Source of the DNA: Schizochytrium sp. TIO01
Lineage: Eukaryota > Protista > Bigyra: Labyrinthulomycetes
Reading direction: 5' to 3'
NCBI GenBank assembly: GCA_004764695.1
Contig: SMSO01000036.1
Location: 2,604,001-2,668,000 of the forward strand
DNA length: 64,000 nucleotides
Under the pieces are notes generated by a model that was not told the DNA's origin, searched no databases, and saw only the letters and a program-made list of their open reading frames with translations. The position numbers and the translations under genes are program-made. Of the stretch, positions 23,149 through 35,700 are shown piece by piece (within the stretch, counting starts at the first letter, position 1; each line of letters opens with the position of its first letter).

Positions 23149-23266
23149 ACATTCAACACCGGGGCTTCGCATGCAGTCCCCTATCATACTACTGACCCGG
23201 CCCTACGCGACTTTACTTCTCAGTGCGAATGAGATGAGGTGTTACCCGCGTGGTATGATCGAATGT
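23149..23266 (-). rRNA. 5S rRNA (copy 2)
   Basis: Same 118-nt sequence as copy 1. Confidence 0.95.
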
Positions 23267-24093
23267 GACTACATTTGTGTTAATGCTGAATATATAGATA
23301 GTGTTAGTTTCCTCTTTCGCACTAGACATCGACCCAAATATTGAACATTGGCGGTATTTACATTCATCTGTTAATCAGTCAATCTTTGCAAACCCAGAGA
23401 CCTGTTTACACTGTTGTCCAGGGAACACCCACACCCAGCCTGATGATTCTCTTCCATACACTCCTTCAGAGGATCTAGGTGGCATTACTCGGTGGCTTCA
23501 ATGACACTCTCACCTGCATATGTGTATTTGGTAGCGTTAGAGATAGTGACACATCTATGCAAAAGGTCTTCTAGTACTACTAAGCAGGCCTACCTTAGTG
23601 TTACGGAATTAGACTTGAACATGCAGCATCCAGGATAGGGTTATGTGGAGTGGTAAGGAAGATAGATGTAGTACTACATCCGTCCTAAATGGGAAGTGTA
23701 CTAAAATGCTATTTCCGGACAAAGTCACGTGCCCGAAATATCTAGTAGTCAGTATAGTGAAACCTTTTGTGTATATAACGAGTAATTGTTATAGTTTGGC
23801 TCGTGAGAGTGTTGTGCACGCGCGTGGGTGATATACCGTACTTGAGACAGCTGGGTAGACTCAGTAGGTAAATAGGAAAGCTACAGACTGTGTGTAAAAG
23901 CTCAAGCCAAAACAATTAATCTCTCTACTGGAAATATTATCAGTGTGTGAAAAAGGAATACTAAGACACTGTGGAAAGTAAAACCTTATTGTCCCATCTC
24001 TCACCAAGACTTTTTGTCCGCGTAGGTTGAGAGGCTTAAAGCAACGAAGGCAGGCTGCGAACAAAGCACCCGCGTGAGGGGGGTAAGTCCAAG

Positions 24094-26454
24094 ATGCCTG
24101 GAAACCGACGCCAGCAAAGCGACAACCGGGAGGAGCGAGCAGCCAAGAAAAAGAAACAATCTGCAGAGCGTGCTGCTAGACACGCTGCTGACGCTGCTAG
24201 AGCTGAGCAGATCAGTGTGGATGATATCAAGAGTCTTAGTCTTCATGAAATCAACGAGGACTTGAGTCCTAGTCTGATATGTCTGCTTTCAATTGATAGA
24301 ATAGCGGCGCTCATTGAAAGAATATATGTTTTTTTAGATGAAGACGGCCGTTCCATAGAGGTTTGGGCTGACCCCGATGACGTGGAGGATATTCATAGCG
24401 GTGACCCAGAAACCTTGCTTGAACTTGTAGAACGAACAGAAGACTTGCAAAACTATGCTGATATGAAAGTTTTAGATGCAATTTGCAAAAGGCTAATTCG
24501 TTTATCAGCGGAACAGTTTCGAGCTAGAGCAGAAACTGCTGAAGAAAGAGCAGAAGCTGAGAGAGCTGGACGCGAAACTGCTGAAGAAAGAGCAAAAACT
24601 GCTGAAGAAAGAGCAAAGCAACTAGAGAGTAGTCTGGATATTTTAGTTGCTCTGCAAAACCTTGCAGAGGCCCCTGAAGTGGAAAAGGAAAAGGCTTACA
24701 AAGCTGCAAAGAAGCTACTGGATAAGGAAAACGAGGACCTAGATAAAGAAGTCGACGAGGACGCTACGTATTGTAGAAGAATGTATGATGAAAAAGCCGA
24801 GTCGGATCAACAAGTGTTGGGAAATCCCCATATATCTCGCTTAAGTAAGTGTCTAGACAAGGCACTATTTTTAGAACTTACTGATACGGGACCTGGTACT
24901 TCGAGCAGTGCTGTCAGGGGGACTTCACTTCCACCCCAATCGTTGCGAGAGTGGTCTATTGATGCCTTCCAAAGTGAAATTGTTGGGTCCATGTACCAAA
25001 ACCTTCCTATAGAGTCTACACGAACCTTTGACATTGTGTTTGAAAGTAAAACAACGCCTTTTAACAGACGAAGCAATGAGAGCGACGCGTTTTTGCAGGG
25101 AATTTCGACAGGTATTATTGCGCCTTTCTTTTCGACTGTCTTTAGAGGCGATACATTTCCTGGGGGCGGGAATATTGTGCAGTTCCCAACAACAGAAGTT
25201 ATAACCGCACTAAACTCGCGGCCTGACCTCACATGGCGCGCTTCCAAAGTGGACTCCCAAACAGTTGATATTTTTCTTGTACACGAGCAGAAAGCTCCTT
25301 CTGATTTCCCGGTGGACGCGTCGCACCAGCAGGATAATTGGTTCGATTTATTCAAAGCCGCGGGTCCCCTTGCTTCGGTTGAACAAAACATAAATATGAA
25401 TATGATGGGTGCTGGAAAACCGCGGTTGGGAATTTACCAGGTTTACAGTTATATGGTTATCCTCGGCTTGGAGTTTGGTGTACTGAGTACAACACGGTTT
25501 ACGTGGTTCCTGAAGCGTGACAATGAAGGCACCTTATGGATCACCAAGGGATTTTCGTGTATGGAAGAAGGAAGGACATCACTCAGAAACGCGTATTTTT
25601 GTCTACTTTGCTATATTCTGCATTCGCCTAGGCGTGGCCAGCTGGAAAACCCCACTGGAAAGCTTGCTGTTAATGTGAAAAATCACTGGTCAGAGCAGAT
25701 CTCTCGGTTGCCAGAAGACTGCACTAGGCCCGGTGCTTCAGTTCTTCGTGGACTAAAGAACTCAAGTTCTGGAAGCCAAGGCTCCAGCTCGGTACAAAGT
25801 ACCATGCCATCGCAGACTGATAATGCCAAAATGACCGCGGATTCAAGTGCAAATGCAAGTGGATTTCAATCTGAAAGGCAAGCAGGATTGAGGTGGGGAA
25901 GTACCTTCGAGATGCCACTTCCGTGGGAGCCTTCCTACGTGACCCTTTGTACGACTCACTCAGCCCACATTGCCCGAATGACTCTCAATAATGGTAAGGG
26001 ACCTGATGCAGTAGTCAAGACCCTTTCCTATCCGAAGCGCCGAGAAGAAGCTGATGCCATTGAATCTACATTCGTGAACGAAATACAAATGTATTGCGGA
26101 CCTTTGCAGAAACTGCAAGGCACTGTGGTGCCTCGATTTATCTTTGGTGGGATTTATTCGAAAATGGAGCGCTTCCTTGTAGTTACTGAGTATGGGGGTG
26201 ATACGCTCCTCAAACTTTCACAGCAACAAGTGCTTACCACCCGTATACAACGCTGTGCTCATGAGGCCTTAATGGCAGTACACAGGGCTGGTGTGCTTCA
26301 CAATGATGTTGCTCTACATAACTTTTTATGGAATGGCGAATCTGTGGTGGTAATTGACTTTGGCAGATCTTATGTCTGTACTGATCTTGAGCAATTTGCC
26401 AGAGAAGCTGACGACCTCGAAATGCTGTTGAGTCAACATGAATCAATGAGTTGA
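24094..26454 (+). CDS. Crinkler-like effector: coiled coil + PD-(D/E)xK restriction-endonuclease-like domain + C-terminal kinase-like domain, 786 aa
   Basis: AEERA coiled-coil repeats. REase-like: RPDLTW...FLVHEQKAP...GIYQVYSYM..LGLEFGVLSTTRFTWFLKR. Kinase-like: VVKT...NEIQMY...LQGTVVPRF...VHRAGVLHNDVALHNFLW...VVIDFGRS. Confidence 0.85.
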   Translation: MPGNRRQQSDNREERAAKKKKQSAERAARHAADAARAEQISVDDIKSLSLHEINEDLSPSLICLLSIDRIAALIERIYVFLDEDGRSIEVWADPDDVEDIHSGDPETLLELVERTEDLQNYADMKVLDAICKRLIRLSAEQFRARAETAEERAEAERAGRETAEERAKTAEERAKQLESSLDILVALQNLAEAPEVEKEKAYKAAKKLLDKENEDLDKEVDEDATYCRRMYDEKAESDQQVLGNPHISRLSKCLDKALFLELTDTGPGTSSSAVRGTSLPPQSLREWSIDAFQSEIVGSMYQNLPIESTRTFDIVFESKTTPFNRRSNESDAFLQGISTGIIAPFFSTVFRGDTFPGGGNIVQFPTTEVITALNSRPDLTWRASKVDSQTVDIFLVHEQKAPSDFPVDASHQQDNWFDLFKAAGPLASVEQNINMNMMGAGKPRLGIYQVYSYMVILGLEFGVLSTTRFTWFLKRDNEGTLWITKGFSCMEEGRTSLRNAYFCLLCYILHSPRRGQLENPTGKLAVNVKNHWSEQISRLPEDCTRPGASVLRGLKNSSSGSQGSSSVQSTMPSQTDNAKMTADSSANASGFQSERQAGLRWGSTFEMPLPWEPSYVTLCTTHSAHIARMTLNNGKGPDAVVKTLSYPKRREEADAIESTFVNEIQMYCGPLQKLQGTVVPRFIFGGIYSKMERFLVVTEYGGDTLLKLSQQQVLTTRIQRCAHEALMAVHRAGVLHNDVALHNFLWNGESVVVIDFGRSYVCTDLEQFAREADDLEMLLSQHESMS

Positions 26455-28558
26455 TTTTCCTTCCACCATTTTCATTAAATTTGGAGGTTTTTTGTGACAA
26501 GATATCAACATGAACGAAGCCGTACTTTTGATGTAGATATTAGTTGACATTAGAGTGTACTGAAAGAGATTCTAGCTCTTCTTTAGCAGATTAGCTTGTA
26601 ATGTAGAGCGCAAAGAGAAACGAATCGAGGCGAGCGATTGAGCAATCACTATGAAAGCAGGTGAAAAGGAAAAGTATGTGTTTTATAGAAATCATGAACA
26701 CAGTTCGAAACTTGAAGATCGGCTTGGGCAGTAGCCATTCTTTTGCCTAGATCCACAGGTTAAGCAGGTTTACTTTGAGTACATACTTGGCTAGCTTTCT
26801 TCATTTGTTCTCCTAAATCATACATAAGAATATAAAGGTCTCGAAAAAAAAAAAAGAATGGCAGACAACCGCAATTAAGGGGCTGTGCAGGTTCAGAAGA
26901 CCCCGAGGGAATGAGAACACCTATTCATAACATTCACTTGATAACCTCCAAGTTTATACACAACCACCTTTTGCTACTCCTGCGGTAGTTGCTCTCAAGA
27001 GACTGCCTTGTCTATCATTAAACATCCAGTCATGGAATAAAATGGAAGCTTCAAAAAGAGTATCATATGTCGCTTTATTTCCTCAAGGATGCGTTTGATT
27101 GTCGGATACCTCTAAAGTTTTATGTAATACTTGCCCAAAAGTTGCTATAATGTAATTTTTGGAGTATGGCATCTGCAATAGTCCTAACTAGGTAGGTAGG
27201 CAATAGGTTTTACAGGAAACTTGGGCGTATCACGAAACTGCGGATCGGCATTGTACGAGATGCTTAAAACTTTAGTTTCAATACCAACGCAACAACTGCG
27301 ATGACGATATCCAAGTCCTTCGCGAGTCTCACCCAGATGGGTTGAGCAAACTAAGCAACGCTCGTGTACCTGGTGTAAAACATGGAAGAGGGAGAGGAAC
27401 AATGACTCATTGTCTTTGCTTGGGTTTTACCAAGCTAGAAGAATTTGACTCGTAATAGCAAGAGTGCGGGCGGTAGAAAAAGACCAGCGCATGGAGAACC
27501 TAATGCGGGGCCGACTTACTATTCCTGATGGGATAGTTGCACTGGTATGGCCTCTAAGTCCCTTGATTTATGAGAAAAAGTGTGTGACTCTTTAATAAAC
27601 TTCATTTTGCTAATAGACACTGAATGTGAATAAACAGCCATGTTTATAAAGTCATAAACAAGGAAGGTTACCTAGCTTTAGCTGGGGCGCTCAAGATAAA
27701 TCAAACATTTAAGACACCAAAGAATTTGCATACTACCATGGTGTGATTGCATCTACTTAGAGCTACACAAGCAAACTCTATTCCAATTATGTAGATGTCG
27801 AGAGGTCCATGCTTTTGATTGCATCAGCTTGAGCCGGGTTACTTTAGATTAACACAGAGTATTAACTACATATATGCGTAATGAAAATAGATGAGTTCCC
27901 ATTTTTAAGGTTGCAGGAGCAGAGATGCGAACGCTCTGTTGTCTTTACAATTGCAGAATGCAACAAAATCGTTTACATAATATTGCATCTCTTCTATTAT
28001 GCGGACAGTTGTACTTGAATTTGTTCACTGTTGGCCGAAAAGAAGGCGCGTTCAGAGGCTGAGATCATGAAGCGTTGATATGGTTGTTTAGAGGCGATTG
28101 AGGACATGTTAGAGATACTTGTGCTTAGTTTGTATTGATGCTAGGGTTGATGCTTGTCTTGAATAACTTGTGGTCTTGTTGAATCGGTTTGGGTCAATTC
28201 AGGTTGGTTTGGATCTGCTGTCGGATAGGCTTTGCAAACTCCTCTCGACTAGTATGCGTGCATTTCATGCGGTGTTACACGTAAGGCATCACGTCAGTGG
28301 TGTCACAAATATTAGGCATCATGCCAGTGGTATCACAAACGAGTTCCTTTAAGCCGTGCAAAGTTATCCCGTATTGTTGTATCTGTTTTACTTCTCAGTA
28401 CTGAGATAATAGACTTCATCTCCTAACTCCAAACAATTCCTCTGGGAGGCAATATGTACTTTCCAATTAGATTTATTTGAAATAACCGCTGCATACTGAA
28501 TATGATTTGAAAGACATGCTAGTGAGCTCGGGCCCTTTCAAAATGTAGATTTTGGAGT

Positions 28559-30649
28559 TCAGGGTGAGCTCTTAGAACAAAAAAAAGATAGGAAGTGGGT
28601 CTTGTGACAGCTCGTTCTTCCAAACGTTGACTTTGAACCATTGATATAGCTCTGCTCATATTTACGAAGTGTTGCGAAATACACAATCATACGGTTCTCA
28701 GGACCAAGATCAAGCTCCCTTCGCAGCGATTCGTATGCAGTCTTCGGTTTGGGATGCCTGTCACTCAGTGTGCACTGTATAGCATGCATGGTACGATGTC
28801 CGCCGGGTCCATTTGAAAGTCCTCCATCACGTTCTACCCAGAGCAAATCAACAAATGGATATGTTAGATCCAATGGCTTGTACAAATATCCAACTTCCAT
28901 TTCAGATGCTTTCACAAAGCGGTTCCATATTACACTTGTACTTGTCTTACTATTAATCACCTGCCCTGGTTCTAACAAATCATCGAATTGAAAAGGCACG
29001 TGCCCCTTTCTTCCTTTGTTCCCCACTTTCGACCACCGCCATTGTAGACCTTTGCCTGAAATGAGAGAGGTCTCAACCAACCTCTCCAACAACATTAGGT
29101 CCCCGTGATCTTTGAGAGGGCTCAAGTTCATCAGGTATAGCTTGCGACGAGCCTCGTCGATAGAGATGGAAATAGCCTTTTCTCTCAGTCGTTACACATC
29201 GAATGCAGGAACAAGTTTAAAGTTGAAATAATCTCCCACGTCTGCATCTGGAGTTGCTACTGAGCCTAGCGTGTGCGTCAAATGATCCTCTTGTGAGTGA
29301 GTCTCGAGGCGGAGCCTTGTTAGAATCTTTAATACCTCCGATTCTTCCATAGTGCTAACTTTGTCTTGAATCTTGTTGGAATACTGTTCGAAACCCAGAC
29401 TGGGAGTGAACATTAACCACAAATATGGGCCAACTCTGGACTTACGTTTAAGAACCTCTGTTGGAGTAAAGTGCGAGCATTCAGCTAAAGATACAAGACT
29501 CGATCCCATCGTAAGTCGTTTATTATGTGTTGGGCATGACACATAAAGCTGCTTTGCATCATACTGTTTACAAAACTCTTTGTAGCGCTGCGTATCTGGA
29601 GAGCAGGCAGCAACGCATGGTATTCCTCGAACTGCAGGTACTTCCTGCATCAAGACCTCTGGGTCATAAATTTCTTTGTGTATTACCATTATGAGAAACA
29701 GGCCTGAGCGCAGATACACTAATTACGATGTCCCTCTCAACCCGACAAACTTGTCTTGAACCCGCCTCTAGTGACAAGAAGAACGCACCAACGCTGACGG
29801 CTGCTCCATTCCACCAAAACGTGAAAATTTGTGGCTGTGGAAGCACTGTTAGGTCTTCACCAAGAACACACCACACTTCTGGGTTAAATACCACCACTAC
29901 GTACTTCCAAAGGTGCCAAGACTTTGAGATACCTGGATCGCCAATAACGACTGAATTTTCATATTTCCACCACGTCTTCATAAGACCAATATCTTCATTT
30001 CTAAAGAATAAAATATTTGCTCCAGGACGATTAACCATTCCTGGAAAAGACCGTGGCAAGGTGACCACGTATATAGAGATACCCACAGCAAATTCCTCTT
30101 CACTCTTCCACGCCACCTTTGTCACCCCAATCTTGTCTGCCCTGGCCATATTGGGCCAGTCCACAAATCCTGTTTCCTCATCCAGTGTTCAAGTTCCATG
30201 ATTCACGACCTCAGCGCCTGACACGCTCCGAAGTCACGCTTGCTCGCCCTCCGCAGCTTTTGGTCTGCATTCGATATAATTGGCGCATGCTCGCGCTGTA
30301 GCTTCTGAGCCGTATCCTTGTCAAGCCTGTCCGTGTTGAAGAAGGAAGGTTGGTCAATATCAGCCGGATTCGTACTCATAGGCAACTTGCTCTCGCCAAC
30401 ATGTTTATAATATAGAAAGTCACAGGCAGCTAAAGGAACACCTTCCTGACGCAAAATACTTAGAAATGTCTTGTACTCACCTTGGCCAAGATGTAATGTG
30501 CAAGTATCACAACCAGCATGGAAAAGATTCCAGAAAGCAGTCGTAACTATAGCTTCTCGAAGGCCGTAATTCAATAGCCTAGGGACAACTTCTTTTCCGA
30601 GAAAGCCTTTCCAAGAAATTTTACATGCTTTAGTACCCCATCCATCCAT
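28559..30649 (-). pseudogene. Fragmented Crinkler/RHS-type P-loop NTPase + REase gene
   Basis: Four consecutive minus-strand ORF pieces. They include the Walker-A-like VVIGDPGISKSWHLWKY, CSPDTQRYKEFCKQ, and REase motifs YLYKPLDLTYPFVDLLW...AIQCTLSDRHP. Interrupted by stops and frameshifts. Confidence 0.7.
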
Positions 30650-31985
30650 CCATCCATCTTCTCAAGGATCTTTGGACACCTTCTCGGTCTGGTTTTCCAG
30701 GCGTTTCGATAGTCTTTTGACTAGTTCTTTGACCTGTCCTCATTTCATGATTAGTGGTGCTTCGGTACCGTACGAAAAGACTTTGTGTCCCTGCCGCTCT
30801 GACTCGATGCTCCATAAGAATTGTACTTCTGTCAGTAGTGGAGTTGCTCTCAAGAATAGGAGAAAGCTTAAAGCAACACCTTTCCATCATCAACTCTCTC
30901 TCTGCTGAGACTTCACAGCAGTCTTATTAATTAGTGTTGCGCAACAGATGCCCCGAGTGTACAAACCCAGTGACGCTTCCCTCAGCGTTTTGTAGAGAAT
31001 TCCGTTTCTGAACGATGAGGGAAGACCTCTCAAAAGCGGCGGCTGAGGCAGAGTTTTCAGGAGTGTTGAACAGGTAAGTTCTCAAGGAGGAGTCCAATCT
31101 CCTGAGTTCGAAGCGGCAGGGAAGAAGATAGACCGGGGACGAGGGGGCCTTGCACACACGGGCATTTCAGCAGGACCTCTCACTCCCGACTTGCTTAACA
31201 ATGAATAGAGTCCCATGTACCGCGCCAGAGTTTCACATGGACCAAACTCTTCATTCAAGATTTGCTTTGAGTAGGCCTAATTATTGAACTAGTAGTAGAC
31301 TTGCTAGAACGTCAGTACTAGGTACCCACTGACCTGTTTAAAGTGACGAACGAACCAAAGTATTTACTTAAGCAAATCATTTTCCGATTATGCATTGTTT
31401 TCGATGTTTTTTAGCGAAATTGCCTGACTTGAGAGAAAAACAGCGCCGGGAAACATATATGCTTAGTGAGAACTGAATGAGTCGCTAATATTCAAAGATC
31501 CCAGGAGCAGAGATGCGAGTGCCCCGTAGTGTCGACAATTTCAAAGAATATTTTGGTATCAACATTAGGAAGACTTTTCTTTTGGGGCAAGACAATAATC
31601 ATTTTATTTTCTAGGTATCGAAAAGGCAAACAGCTTGTAAAAGGAGATACATGCAATACTGAATATTGGATAGAAGCTGAGTATAGCATGAGTGGTTGGT
31701 TTTGTCTGGAGTATATAGCCCCAAAATATTGTTGAAAGCATCTCAATCAAGATGCTGTTACTCTCGTCGACTCTGCACCCTTGACTCATACAATCGGTGA
31801 TTGATTGCAATGTTGTGTGCAAATGATCGCGTTGAATCAGAACAACGACATTCCCTTCAACGAGTAAGCAATCTTGCTGTCGTATGCGCCGGAAGAAATT
31901 TAGATACTCACCTTTGCAAAACAAAACTGGAAACCTTGGAGTTGCTTTCTTGTAGTGCTACGGAAAAAAATGAACGGAGAAAAAA

Positions 31986-32103
31986 ACATTCAACACCGGG
32001 GCTTCGCATGCAGTCCCCTATCATACTACTGACCCGGCCCTACGCGACTTTACTTCTCAGTGCGAATGAGATGAGGTGTTACCCGCGTGGTATGATCGAA
32101 TGT
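31986..32103 (-). rRNA. 5S rRNA (copy 3)
   Basis: Same 118-nt sequence as copies 1 and 2. Confidence 0.95.
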
Positions 32104-32574
32104 GCTGTCGAAATGGTGCATACTGTATATATACTTAGTATTCAATGGGTTGTTGTTTACTTCTTACTTCTATGACTATCTAGTTTATGGTAGTAGTAAG
32201 GAATAGTACTGCTAGAACCTCTGGAGCAATATCACTGCAAACGATATTCTAGTAGTAGGATTTAGGAAATAGGAATAGTCTTGAAAGAGCGAGAAAGAAA
32301 GGAGGTCAAGCACCGAGGCTTAGTAGGTAAGGTTAAGTTCAAACTAGTAAAATATCCTTTTACCTCGAGAGCACTAAGTAGCATCTCCTTCTTAGGGAAA
32401 ACCATAATAACTCAGTAAGTCAGACCATGTGTGCAGAACCCGGTCATCGACTTGCAGCTTTACGTCCAGCAGGTTCGAAACCTTCTGCAACGACTGGGAC
32501 TGTGCCACGAGCTTAGCTGAAAAGGCACACGCACGCCCCCGCTAGTTAAGGTATAGATCGTTACTTGCTGCGCG

Positions 32575-32658
32575 ATGTCAGACCACCCACGTGTTGTCGC
32601 TGCTCTTGAACAGCTTCAGAATGGCGCTACAAAACTGTAGTAAGTTAACACTGTACTC

Positions 32659-32738
<80 letters not shown>

Positions 32739-35700
32739 TGCACGGTGTTGCTTTTGTTGTTATTGTTTTGCAAGTTTATACAATGGCTGGTTTGTTTGTT
32801 TTTTGTTTGATGGATGGATGGATGGATGGATGGATGGATGAGTTGTCTGTTTGAGTGAGTATACATCCATCGAACAAAGAGCAAAATGACAACACAACAA
32901 AGATAAATGCTGACAGCCAACCTAGATCACTCACGTTCATGCATGCATGCGTGCATCTATTGTAATATGTAACGTGTAATGTATTGCTTGCCATCATTCA
33001 ATCAAATCGACAGTCTTTTGTACAACGATATCGGCGACGAGGGCGCCAAGGCAGTGGGTGCGGCGCTGAAAGAGAACCGGTCGCTGACATCACTTGAGTA
33101 AGTTGTCTACGCAACACCGCAGCTCGTGGACTTGTTTGTACATGATGCTTGGTTTGTTATTTGGTGGGTGAGTCGGTGTTGTTTTGCAAGTTTATGCAAT
33201 CGCTTGTTTGTTTGATGGATGAATGAGTTGTCTGTTTGAGTGAGTATACATCCATCGAACAAAGAGCAAAATGACAACACAACAAAGATAAATGCTGAAA
33301 GACAACCTAGATCACTCACGTCCATGCATGCATGCGTGCATCTATTGTAATATGTAACCTGTAATGTATTGCTTGCCATCATTCAATCAAATCGACAGTC
33401 TTGAACGCAACGAAATCGGCTCAGAGGGCGGCAAGGCAGTGGGTGCGGCGCTGAAAGAGAACCGGTCGCTGACATCACTATCGTAAGTTGTCTACGCAAC
33501 ACCTCAGCTCGTGGACTTGTTTGTACATGATGGTTGGTTTGTTGTTTGGTGGGTGGGTCGGTGTTGTTTTGCAAGTTTATGCAATCGCTTGTTTGTTTGA
33601 TGGATGGATAAGTTGTCTGTTTGAGTGAGTATACATCCATCGAACAAAGAGCAAAATGACAACACAACAAAGATAAATGGTTAAAGCCAGCCTAGATCAC
33701 TCACGTCCATGCATGCATGCGTGCATCTATTGTAATATGTAACGTGTAATGTATTGCTTGCCATCATTCAATCAAATCGACAGTCTTGCGGGCAACAATA
33801 TCGGCTCAGAGGGTGCCAAGGCAGTGGGTGCGGCGCTGAAAGAGAACCAGTCGCTGACATCACTATCGTAAGTTGTCTACGCAACACCGCAGCTCGCGAA
33901 CTTGTTTGTACATGATGCTTGCTTCGTTGGTGTGTTATTTTGGTCGGTGTTGTTTTGCAAGTTTATGCAATCGGCTGTTTGTTTGGTGGATGGATGAGTT
34001 GTCTGTTTGAGTGAGTATACATCCATCGAACATAGAGCAAAATGACAACACAACAAAGATAAATGGTTAAAGCCAACCTAGATCACTCACGTCCATGCAT
34101 GCATGCGTGCCTCTATTGTAATATGTAACGTGTAATGTATTGCTTGCCATCATTCAATCAAATCGACAGTCTTCAAAGCAACGATATCGGCGACGAGGGC
34201 GCCAAGGCAGTGGGTGCGGCGCTGAAAGAGAACCGGTCGCTGACATCACTCAAGTAAGTTGTCTACGCAACACCGCAGCTCGTGGACTTGTTTGTACATG
34301 ATGCTTGGTTTGTTGTTTGGTGGGTGGGTCGGTGTTGTTTTGCAAGTTTATGCAATCGCTTGTTTGTTTGATGGATGGATGAGTTGTCTGTTTGAGTGAG
34401 TATACATCCATCGAACAAAGAGCAAAATGACAACACAACAAAGATAATAGCTGACAGCCAACCTAGATCACTCACGTCCATGCATGCATGCGTGCATCTA
34501 TTGTAATATGTAACGTGTAATGTATTGCTTGCCATCATTCAATCAAATCGACAGTCTTGGAAGGAATAATATCGGCTCAGAGGGCGGCAAGGCAGTGGCT
34601 GCGGCGCTGAAAGAGAACCGGTCGCTGACATCACTATCGTAAGTTGTCTACGCAACACCGCAGCTCGTGGACTTGTTTGTACATGATGCTTGGTTTGTTG
34701 TTTGGTGGGTGGGTCGGTGTTGTTTTGCAAGTTTATGCAATCGCTTGTTTGTTTGATGGATGGATGAGTTGTCTGTTTGAGTGAGTATACATCCATCGAA
34801 CAAAGAGCAAAATGACAACACAACAAAGATAAATGCTGAAAGCCAACCTAGATCACTCACGTCCATGCATGCATGCGTGCATCTATTGCATCTATTGTAA
34901 TATGTAACGTGTAATGTATTGCTTGCCATCATTCAATCAATTCGACAGTCTTGGAGGCACCAGTATCGGCTCAGAGGGCGCCAAGGCAGTGGCTGCGGCG
35001 CTGAAAGAGAACCGGTCGCTGACATCACTATCGTAAGTTGTCTACGCAACACCACAGCTCGTGGACTTGTTTGTACATGATGGTTGGTTTGTTGTTTGGT
35101 GGGTGGGTCGGTGTTGTTTTGCAAGGTTATGCAATCGCTTGTTTGTTTGATGGATGGATGAGTTGTCTGTTTGAGTGAGTATACATCCATCGAACAAAGA
35201 GCAAAATGACAACACAACAAAGATAAATGCTGAAAGCCAACCTAGATCACTCACGTCCATGCATGCATGCGTGCATCTATTGTAATATGTAACGTGTAAT
35301 GTATTGCTTGCCATCATTCAATCAAATCGACAGTCTTTCGGGGAATGATATCGGCGACGAGGGCGCCAAGGCAGTGGCTGCGGCGCTGAAAGAGAACCGG
35401 TCGCTGACATCACTCAAGTAAGTTGTCTACGCAACACCGCAGCTCGTGGACTTGTTTGTACATGATGCTTGGTTTGTTGTTTGGTGGGTGGGTCGGTGTT
35501 GTTTTGCAAGTTTATGCAATCGCTTGTTTGTTTGATGGATGGATTGGTTGTCTGTTTGAGTGAGTATACATCCATCGAACATAGAGCAAAATGACAACAC
35601 AACAAAGATAAATGCTGAAAGCCAACCTAGATCACTCACGTCCATGCATGCATGCGTGCATCTATTGTAATATGTAACGTGTAATGTATTGCTTGCCATC

